Below the pieces are notes generated by a model that was not told the origin of the DNA, did not search any database, and saw nothing but the letters and a program-made list of their open reading frames with translations. The translations under genes were made by a program, and so were the position numbers. This document shows positions 57,073 through 64,000 of a DNA stretch of 64,000 nt, one piece after another. The number at the start of each line of letters is the position of its first letter. Position 1 is the stretch's first letter. Location of the stretch: assembly GCA_964643765.1 (NCBI GenBank), contig CAZXTM010000002.1:209237-273236 (forward strand), in the 5' to 3' direction. This stretch comes from an uncultured Bifidobacteriaceae bacterium (GTDB lineage: Bacteria; Acidobacteriota; Vicinamibacteria; Vicinamibacterales; UBA2999).

Positions 57073-57633
57073 ATGCCGCGCATGATGCGAACCCTGTTCT
57101 GTGCGGCGACGGGCGTTGTGATGCTGGCGCTGGCCGTGCCTGTGGAGGCACAGTCGATGAAGAAGACGGTGGAAGGCGTGACGAACTTCACGCAGGTCGA
57201 GGCCACCATCGCGTGTGCCGGCGCCACGAGGCCTTCGGCGATCCGGTCTCTCAAGACCATGGGGTATCGGACCGTGGTCAACCTGCGGATGGCGTCGGAG
57301 TCGGGGGCCGACCTCGCCGCCGAGGCGGCCGCAGCAGAAGCGGCGGGCCTGCGTTATGTCCACCTGCCATTCAACACACCGTCCTCGCCCGCCGACGATG
57401 TGTCGGGCACCGTGCGCGAGTTCCTGAACGTGACCAGCGACCCTGCCAATCGGCCGCTGTTTGTGCACTGCGCGGGTGCCGGTCGTGCAGCCGCGATGTG
57501 GATGATCAAGCGGATTGTCGTGGACAAGTGGGATGAAGAACGCGCCTGGAAAGAGGCGCTGATGACTTACGACGAACCGATGTCACCCGCGCTCGTGTGG
57601 GCGCGAGGATACGCTCGAACGTTCAGGCCATAG
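57073..57633 (+). CDS. Secreted phosphatase-like protein (DUF442 / dual-specificity-phosphatase-like fold, CX4R motif)
   Basis: Signal peptide MRTLFCAATGVVMLALAVPVEAQS and active-site-like FVHCAGAGRAAAMW. The architecture resembles DUF442 domains. Confidence 0.6.
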   Translation: MPRMMRTLFCAATGVVMLALAVPVEAQSMKKTVEGVTNFTQVEATIACAGATRPSAIRSLKTMGYRTVVNLRMASESGADLAAEAAAAEAAGLRYVHLPFNTPSSPADDVSGTVREFLNVTSDPANRPLFVHCAGAGRAAAMWMIKRIVVDKWDEERAWKEALMTYDEPMSPALVWARGYARTFRP

Positions 57634-57685
57634 CGGCCCGGACCCTGCCAGACGTCCCTCGGCACCGTGCTCGCCTCAGATCAGG

Positions 57686-58045
57686 CTACGTGAGCGTCTC
57701 GGGGTCGACCAGCGTGCGGAGCTGATCGGGCTCCACAGTTTCGAAATCGTTGGCGAGGGCGACCTGGGCGCACGCGCGGAACTGACGGCCGAGGTCGATG
57801 TGGGCGGGATGCTTCAGATAGGCATCGAGGTCGTCGACCGACTTGAATTCGAGCACCGCGAGGAACTCGAACTGCACCGGCGAGAGATCGTCGTACGAGT
57901 AGCCCAGGCGTCGCCGCCGTCCGACGCGGGCGCGCACGATGGTGGGAATGCCCGAGAAGGCGCGTTCCATCGCCTGCGCCATCGCCTCACGCTCGTCGAC
58001 GGTGAGTGCATCACGGGGCGTCAGCAGCACGATATGCGTGATCAC
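57686..58045 (-). CDS. Dabb-family (stress-responsive alpha/beta barrel) protein
   Basis: From GTG 58045 (GGAGG/GAGGAG upstream) the product is VITHIVLLTPRDALTVDEREAMAQAMERAFSGIPTIVRARVG...LDAYLKHPAH. The track ORF start at 58222 is an over-extension into the upstream gene. Confidence 0.75.
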   Translation of the reverse strand: MITHIVLLTPRDALTVDEREAMAQAMERAFSGIPTIVRARVGRRRRLGYSYDDLSPVQFEFLAVLEFKSVDDLDAYLKHPAHIDLGRQFRACAQVALANDFETVEPDQLRTLVDPETLT

Positions 58046-58482
58046 TCCTCGCCTCCCTTTCGCTCGGGGCCTGCCGTAGGACGGGGACGCCGCGGGGGCA
58101 GCGTGCCGTCGCGGCGGCGCTCGATGTTCTGGCGGATGTTCTGCTTGAAGCGTGTCCACTTCGCCTTCTTCGCGTCGATGTACTTCTGGCGCGGATCGCG
58201 GTGATTGCCGCCGGGGCGCCACTTGCGGTCGCGCGGCGGCTCGTCGGGCCGGCGCTCTTCGCGCTTGCGCTCGGAGGCGGCACGCCGGTCAGCCACGAAG
58301 GTGTCCTGGGCATGCTGGGGCGAGTCCCACAGGCGTCCCGACTGGAACCACATCATGCGCGCCCCGGGATGACGGGCTTTCAGGCGATTGAAGGTCGGCA
58401 GCAGCTCGTCGTACTCGCGTGCGCGGAACGCCGTGGGCTGTCCGTCGACCAGCACGGTCCAGTAGGAAAAGCGGGGAGGCAC
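58042..58482 (-). CDS. Hypothetical protein: a small N-terminal domain plus a highly basic/charged tail
   Basis: MPPRFSYWTVLVDGQPTAFRAREYDELLPTFNRLKARHPGARMMWFQSGRLW... then ERKREERRPDEPPRDRKWRPGGNHRDPRQKYIDAKKAKW. I recognise no family. The stop overlaps the Dabb GTG (GTGA), and it lies 26 nt downstream of the sigma-54 activator gene. Confidence 0.55.
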   Translation of the reverse strand: MPPRFSYWTVLVDGQPTAFRAREYDELLPTFNRLKARHPGARMMWFQSGRLWDSPQHAQDTFVADRRAASERKREERRPDEPPRDRKWRPGGNHRDPRQKYIDAKKAKWTRFKQNIRQNIERRRDGTLPPRRPRPTAGPERKGGEE

Positions 58483-58507
58483 CTCAGTATCGTATCGCGA
58501 GACGTGA

Positions 58508-59893
<1,386 letters not shown>

Positions 59894-59901
59894 TTAGCGG
59901 G

Positions 59902-59931
59902 ATTGTCAATCTATTGACGCGTATTGTCAAT
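59902..59931. repeat. Repeated operator-like motif: ATTGTCAAT (59902-10), 14-bp palindrome GTCAAT-CT-ATTGAC (59905-18), ATTGTCAAT (59923-31)
   Basis: Read directly from the sequence. It is AT-rich in a high-GC genome. It lies 9-38 nt from the activator start codon, in the divergent spacer shared with the small HTH gene. Confidence 0.6.
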
Positions 59932-59941
59932 GCTGCACATC

Positions 59942-59968
59942 TAATCTCATGGTGGCATAAACCGATAC
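59942..59968 (+). promoter_or_regulatory. Sigma-28 (FliA)-like promoter candidate: TAAT-N15-ACCGATAC
   Basis: Compare the consensus TAAA-N15-GCCGATAA. The match is 3/4 plus 6/8 with exact spacing. It lies about 85-110 nt upstream of the small HTH gene. Confidence 0.3.
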
Positions 59969-60051
59969 ACCGGCTGAACACAAACGCTACCCCGCGCTGG
60001 AGCGGGGTGCGAGACCAGGGGGGTCGGGCATCCGACCAGAAGGGAACAGCC

Positions 60052-60243
60052 GTGGAACGTCAGACCGTGAGCATCATGAAGGCCTGCGAGATGGTGGGCG
60101 TCAGTCGTCGCACTATCTACAACTGGATTGCCGCCGGCAAGGTCGAGTATGTGCGCACCGCCGGAGGCAGCATCCGGATCTTCGTCGATACGCTGTGGCG
60201 TCAGCCCGACGGCGCGGCCGTGGCAGCTGCCACCCACGTCTAG
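60052..60243 (+). CDS. Small excisionase-family (HTH_17/MerR-like) DNA-binding protein
   Basis: MKACEMVGVSRRTIYNWIAAGKVEYVRTAGGSIRIFVDTLW is typical of this HTH family. Start is GTG 60052 (AAGGGA upstream) or ATG 60076. The track start at 59878 is rejected because it translates AT-rich promoter DNA. Confidence 0.65.
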   Translation: MERQTVSIMKACEMVGVSRRTIYNWIAAGKVEYVRTAGGSIRIFVDTLWRQPDGAAVAAATHV

Positions 60244-60281
60244 CGACGGTGCGGCGACGGCGACCCGCGCGAGACGTTCAC

Positions 60282-60309
60282 GGCGTGGACCCGGTGACAT
60301 GTCCACGCC
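60282..60309 (+). terminator. Hairpin after the small HTH gene (GGCGTGGAC / GTCCACGCC, 10-nt loop)
   Basis: A perfect 9-bp stem 39 nt after the stop. No U-tract. Confidence 0.35.
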
Positions 60310-60352
60310 CGTGACTGGGTCGTCATTCGTGATGGCAGGCTGAAGCGTCGTG

Positions 60353-60402
60353 TGTCAATAAAATGACCGCGAAGTCGTTCAGCCTGTCACGATATTGACA
60401 AT
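60353..60402. repeat. Second copy set of the motif: TGTCAAT with near-palindrome GTCAAT-AA-AATGAC (60354-67) and ATTGACAAT (60394-402, inverse orientation)
   Basis: Read directly from the sequence. It lies 105-155 nt upstream of the -24/-12 element at 60509, the usual enhancer distance. Confidence 0.55.
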
Positions 60403-60508
60403 CTTTACTGTACTGCACATCAATTCCGCAAAGCTTTCATATCAACAAGTCTATTGAAATCAGTAGCTTAGGAGAAAATTCACGCAGCGGTTCGGAATTG
60501 CACGGTTC

Positions 60509-60524
60509 TGGCATCGAGGTTGCC
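60509..60524 (+). promoter_or_regulatory. Sigma-54 type -24/-12 promoter candidate: TGGCAT-N5-TTGCC
   Basis: GG at 60510-11 and GC at 60522-23 have exact N10 spacing, and it fits TGGCAC-N5-TTGCW at all core positions but one. It sits immediately upstream of the FliA-like sigma factor gene, next to a sigma-54 activator gene. Confidence 0.45.
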
Positions 60525-60537
60525 ACTCACAGGGGGC

Positions 60538-61524
60538 ATGAAGACGCTCGATGCTTACACCAGCGACCGCGTGACTGCCGGCCTCCCGTTCGTCGAGGCA
60601 CTGGCTCGCCGCATGGCCTCGACCATGCCTCACTCCATCGAGGTCGGCGATCTGGTGCAGGATGGCGTGCTCGGCCTGATTGACGCCGCGCAGCGGTTTG
60701 ACGAAGCACGCGGCATCAAGTTCGAGACCTTTGCCGAACGCCGCATCCGTGGCGCCATGATCGATGCGCTGCGCAAGGATGCCTGGCCCAGGGGCGTCCG
60801 CCGCATCCGACGCGAAATCGAAGCCGCGCGGGTGGTGCTCCGCGAGCGTCTGGGCCACGAACCGTCGCTGGCCGACCTGGCCGGGGCCCTTGGACGGGAC
60901 GAAGAGCACCTGCATCGCACGATGGTGCGCATTGCGACCATCGAGTCGACCTCGGCCCAGACCGCGCCCGAGGTGAGCGACGACTATCCGCACGACGGTG
61001 TGCTCATGCCGGCCGAACCCGCGCGTCCCGACGCCCTCTACGAGGCCGATGAACAGCGGCTGCGTGTGCGGAAAGCCATGGCCAGCCTTCCCGAGCGTGA
61101 TCAGCAACTGATCGCGCTCTACTACTTCCGCGACACCACAATGAAAGCCATTGGCGAGCAGCTGGGCGTGAATGAATCACGGGTCTCGCAGCTGCATACC
61201 CGCGCGCTGCGTCGGTTGCGTGAGGCCATGGAGGCGACATCGATGCCTGGCGGGTCGACGGCACAGCCCAGTGCCGCCGTCCTGCCCTTCCCCACCCGGC
61301 CGGGCATGGCCAGGGCCCGCCTGTCGTCGGCGGGACGGCCGTCGACGGCCTACCCGAGTGTGTCGCGCACCGCGCGCACGACGTCGGTCAGCCTGAAGGG
61401 CTTCGAGAGCCAGCGGCAGGCCGTCTCATCGAGGAACCGCTCGGCGTCGGTGCCGACCACATCACCGGTCACGAAGATCACGCGGCGCGCCAGCGCGGGC
61501 ATCGCTGCAGCCATGGCCCGGTAG
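60538..61524 (+). CDS. FliA/WhiG-type (group 3, sigma-28-like) RNA polymerase sigma factor with an unusual C-terminal tail of about 95 aa
   Basis: Region 2: DLVQDGVLGLIDAAQRFDEARGIKFETFAERRIRGAMIDALRK. Region 4.2: LPERDQQLIALYYFRDTTMKAIGEQLGVNESRVSQLHTRALRRLR. The conserved part ends near 61235, but there is no stop until 61524. Confidence 0.8.
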   Translation: MKTLDAYTSDRVTAGLPFVEALARRMASTMPHSIEVGDLVQDGVLGLIDAAQRFDEARGIKFETFAERRIRGAMIDALRKDAWPRGVRRIRREIEAARVVLRERLGHEPSLADLAGALGRDEEHLHRTMVRIATIESTSAQTAPEVSDDYPHDGVLMPAEPARPDALYEADEQRLRVRKAMASLPERDQQLIALYYFRDTTMKAIGEQLGVNESRVSQLHTRALRRLREAMEATSMPGGSTAQPSAAVLPFPTRPGMARARLSSAGRPSTAYPSVSRTARTTSVSLKGFESQRQAVSSRNRSASVPTTSPVTKITRRASAGIAAAMAR

Positions 61525-62885
61525 AACTGCATCCCGTCGATCCGCGGCATCTTCAGGTCGCAGATCACCACGTCGTATGACGACTCGGCAATGCGTGACA
61601 GGCCCTCGGCCCCATCGCTGGCACGGTCGACGACACAGCCTTCGTCGATGAGGGTTTCCGCCACGGCCGTGGCCAGCTCGGGCTCGTCTTCGACGACGAG
61701 TACGCGTGTGCCGGTCAGGGGCTGTGGCGCCTGCGGTGCTGAGGTCCCGGTGCCCGGCCCGACGTCTGCCGCGTGAGCACCCGCGGCCACGGGCAATTCC
61801 ATCACGAACGTGGCGCCCCCCCCGGGTGATGCGGCGACCCGCAGCCGACCCCCGTGTTCGCGCATGAGCGCGTAGGCCACGCTGAGGCCGAGGCCGGTGC
61901 CCTGCCCCACCTCCTTGGTGGTGAAGAACGGATCGAAGATGCGGCCTTCCACCTCGGGCGGCACCCCGGGGCCATCGTCGCTGACTTCCACGAGCACAAC
62001 ACCCTCCGAGGGCGCGTGCCACGACCGCAGCACCAGCACACCCCGCCCGTGGGCACTGCGCATGGCCTGCTCGGCGTTGATGATCAGGTTGAGCAGCACC
62101 TGTTTCAGCTGGTGACCGTCGGCAAACACGGCGGGCAGCCCTGCGGCCAGTGCGTCAATCACCTGGATGTTGTGCAGCCGCTGCTCGTGGGCGCGAAGCG
62201 CAAGTGATTCCCGGGCGATGCGGGTGACATCGACCATTCCCCGTGTCGACTGCCGCTTGCGGGCCACGGTCAGCAGCTGCCGGACGATGCGGGCCGCGCG
62301 CTCCGATTCGCTGAGGATGACGCCGAGCCCGCGTCGTGTGCGCTCGTCGCCGGGAAGGGCCGAGAGGCGCTCGGCCCACGACAGGATCGTGGCCAGCGGA
62401 TTGTTGAGTTCGTGCGCCACGCCGGAAATGGTGTGCCCGAGGGCCGCGAGCTTCTCGGACTGGCGGAGTTCATCCTGCAGGGCGCGCGACTGATCGTCGA
62501 GTGCGCGACGCTCGCCGACATCCCGGCACACGGCCTCGAGCCGCAATGGCGCCGACCCTTCCCCATCAGGCGTGACGCTGGCGGTCACTTCCACCCACGC
62601 GGTCGACCCATCGTCCCGCCGGAGGCGCACGAGATGGTCCGTGAGCACACCGCCTGTGCGGAGCCGTCTGAAAAACTCGCCGTGAGCCTGTGCATCCGCG
62701 AAGCGCTCGCGGGCAAACGGGGTCACCTGGACGTCGGGCGTGTCGAAGGCCTGCCCGAGCAGCAGCCGCAGGTGGATGTTGGCGGCGAGCGTCTGCACCG
62801 CCGAGCCCTCGAGACGGGCGACGTAGAATCCGAGTCGCGCGCGCTCGAAGAAGCTGGCGGCCAGATGGTCCGACATGGCCTCCAA
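61350..62885 (-). CDS. Hybrid sensor histidine kinase (PAS-like, HisKA, HATPase, C-terminal receiver)
   Basis: H-box LAALGHTISGVAHELNNPLATI, G-boxes DDGPGVP and GTGLGLSVAY, and receiver RVLVVEDEP...DVVICDLKMPRIDG...KPF. Start is TTG 62885 or ATG 62876. Confidence 0.9.
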   Translation of the reverse strand: MEAMSDHLAASFFERARLGFYVARLEGSAVQTLAANIHLRLLLGQAFDTPDVQVTPFARERFADAQAHGEFFRRLRTGGVLTDHLVRLRRDDGSTAWVEVTASVTPDGEGSAPLRLEAVCRDVGERRALDDQSRALQDELRQSEKLAALGHTISGVAHELNNPLATILSWAERLSALPGDERTRRGLGVILSESERAARIVRQLLTVARKRQSTRGMVDVTRIARESLALRAHEQRLHNIQVIDALAAGLPAVFADGHQLKQVLLNLIINAEQAMRSAHGRGVLVLRSWHAPSEGVVLVEVSDDGPGVPPEVEGRIFDPFFTTKEVGQGTGLGLSVAYALMREHGGRLRVAASPGGGATFVMELPVAAGAHAADVGPGTGTSAPQAPQPLTGTRVLVVEDEPELATAVAETLIDEGCVVDRASDGAEGLSRIAESSYDVVICDLKMPRIDGMQFYRAMAAAMPALARRVIFVTGDVVGTDAERFLDETACRWLSKPFRLTDVVRAVRDTLG

Positions 62886-62920
62886 TCTACTTCAGCCCCG
62901 CGCGGTATGATGAGCGGCCC

Positions 62921-63817
62921 GTGTCGGATACCCACGCTGATCGCAGACTGGCCTGGATCGCCTGGGCCACGATCTGCCTTGTCTGGGGCACGACCTACCT
63001 GGCGATCAGGGTGGCGCTCGAGAGCATTCCCGTCTTCCTCGTTGCCGGCCTGCGCTGGATGGCGGCCGGCCTGATCCTGACGGCGATCACGCGGCTGCGG
63101 GGCCGTCCGCTGCCCCCGCTCCGTCAATGGGGTCCGCTGGCACTGCTCGGCTTCCTCATGAACGTGCTGGGCAATGGCTTCGTGGTCTGGGCCGAGCAGT
63201 ATGTGGCCAGTGGCCTCACGGCCGTCATCATTGCGTCCGTGCCGTTCTGGTCCGTGGGCTTCGAGGCGGTGCTGCCAGGGGGCGACCGCCTCCGCGGCGG
63301 CACCCTGCTGGCGTTGACGGTCGGATTCGCCGGCATCGTGGTGCTGGTGTGGCCCGAGATGTCGGCCGGGGGCGAGGCAGGCGCGGCCATGCTCGGCGGC
63401 GTGGTGGCCATCCAGATTGCCTGCGCAGGCTGGGCGCTCGGCACCTCGTATGCGAAGCGCCATCCCTCGGCCTCAGATCCCTTCGCCGCCTCGGCCATCC
63501 AGATGCTGGCGAGCGGCACCATGCTGCTGACCATCGCCACGATCAGCGGAGAGTGGACAGCCCTGCAGTTCACGCCGCGCAGCCTCGGCGCTCTCGTATA
63601 CCTCACGATTGCCGGGTCGGTCATTGCCTACACGGCGTACCTGTATACGGTGGCGCACCTGCCGCTGACGACCGTGTCGCTCTACGCCTACATCAATCCG
63701 CTGATTGCCGTCCTGCTGGGTGCGGTGCTGCTCGACGAGCCGCTGTCGCCGCGCATTGCAGTGGCCTCGCTGCTGGTGCTGGCCGGTATGGCGCTGCTGC
63801 GGCGAGTACAATCCTGA
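62921..63817 (+). CDS. EamA/DMT-superfamily transporter
   Basis: Ten hydrophobic segments and two EamA halves (LAWIAWATICLVWGTTYLAIRVAL...). GTG 62921 is chosen because the track start at 62690 overlaps the kinase gene. Confidence 0.85.
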   Translation: MSDTHADRRLAWIAWATICLVWGTTYLAIRVALESIPVFLVAGLRWMAAGLILTAITRLRGRPLPPLRQWGPLALLGFLMNVLGNGFVVWAEQYVASGLTAVIIASVPFWSVGFEAVLPGGDRLRGGTLLALTVGFAGIVVLVWPEMSAGGEAGAAMLGGVVAIQIACAGWALGTSYAKRHPSASDPFAASAIQMLASGTMLLTIATISGEWTALQFTPRSLGALVYLTIAGSVIAYTAYLYTVAHLPLTTVSLYAYINPLIAVLLGAVLLDEPLSPRIAVASLLVLAGMALLRRVQS

Positions 63818-63818
63818 C

Positions 63819-64000
63819 GTGGCCCGCCTTCCCCGCCTCTCAGAGCTGACCTCGGACGATGCCGGTGTCGGGTTCTTCCTGTGCACGATGAAGGAAGTGC
63901 GTCCGACGAAGGTCGGCGGCGAGTTTCTTGACCTGCGCCTGCAGGATGCCTCGGGGCAGGTGGTCGGTCGCGTCTTTGACGACGTGGCCCGCTACGGTGC
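63819..64000 (+). CDS. OB-fold nucleic-acid-binding protein, N-terminal part (YhaM-like OB + HD 3'-5' exoribonuclease family suspected); runs off the window end
   Basis: Not in the track because it is open-ended. From GVG onward (the preceding start-to-LSELTSDDA segment, 63819-63863, could not be re-verified against the sequence) the frame reads GVGFFLCTMKEVRPTKVGGEFLDLRLQDASGQVVGRVFDDVARYG. That is the usual pattern of OB-fold N-termini in this family. Confidence 0.5.
   Translation, partial: MARLPRLSELTSDDAGVGFFLCTMKEVRPTKVGGEFLDLRLQDASGQVVGRVFDDVARYG

Noticed and set aside
59951-59968. TGGCAT at 59953-59958 as a second sigma-54 -24 element in front of the small HTH gene.
   Set aside because: The position 10 nt downstream of the GG is TA, not GC. 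The same bases fit a sigma-28-type -10 better.
60052-60243. The excisionase-family HTH gene flanked by AT-rich DNA, read as a sign of a prophage or integrative element.
   Set aside because: No integrase, att-like direct repeats, tRNA target or phage genes lie within reach. The neighbours are chromosomal regulators, so a stand-alone regulator is more likely.

Overview
High-GC bacterial chromosomal segment that spans the replication-origin neighbourhood. Gene content loosely suggests an Acidobacteria-like lineage, but that is inference only. The window is almost entirely housekeeping. Gene order, left to right: (1) an exported HisC-like aminotransferase; (2) amtB-glnK-gltB-gltD; (3) a higBA toxin-antitoxin pair; (4) an orphan solute-binding protein; (5) tRNA-Ser and serS; (6) galU; (7) a FmdB zinc ribbon and a DUF885 protein; (8) rsmI-glmU-glmS-uvrD; (9) gyrA-gyrB-dnaN-[DnaA-box cluster]-dnaA on the minus strand; (10) rpmH-rnpA-yidD-yidC-jag-mnmE-mnmG-rsmG-parA-parB on the plus strand, with two parS sites; (11) selD; (12) an F1Fo ATP synthase operon lacking the a and c subunits; (13) a Wzm/Wzt-type polysaccharide ABC exporter; (14) hldC-mfd, a SurA-like gene, a NusG paralogue and dus; (15) several small secreted or hypothetical genes; (16) a compact regulatory cluster made of a sigma-54 activator, a small HTH protein, a FliA-type sigma factor and a hybrid histidine kinase; (17) an EamA transporter. 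I found no CRISPR array, rRNA, transposase or integrase. I do not see a clearly novel multi-gene system. The best leads are: (a) selD is interrupted by an in-frame TGA at the catalytic Cys position, so it is predicted to be a selenoprotein that ORF callers truncate; (b) the 58.5-62.9 kb regulatory cluster has AT-rich intergenic regions carrying a repeated ATTGTCAAT motif, a -24/-12 type promoter and a sigma-28-like promoter; (c) a stand-alone NusG paralogue; (d) a P-II protein with a divergent T-loop; (e) Tat-exported HisC-like and propeller-like proteins. Most long ORFs on the strand opposite the recognisable genes are high-GC shadow ORFs and were rejected.
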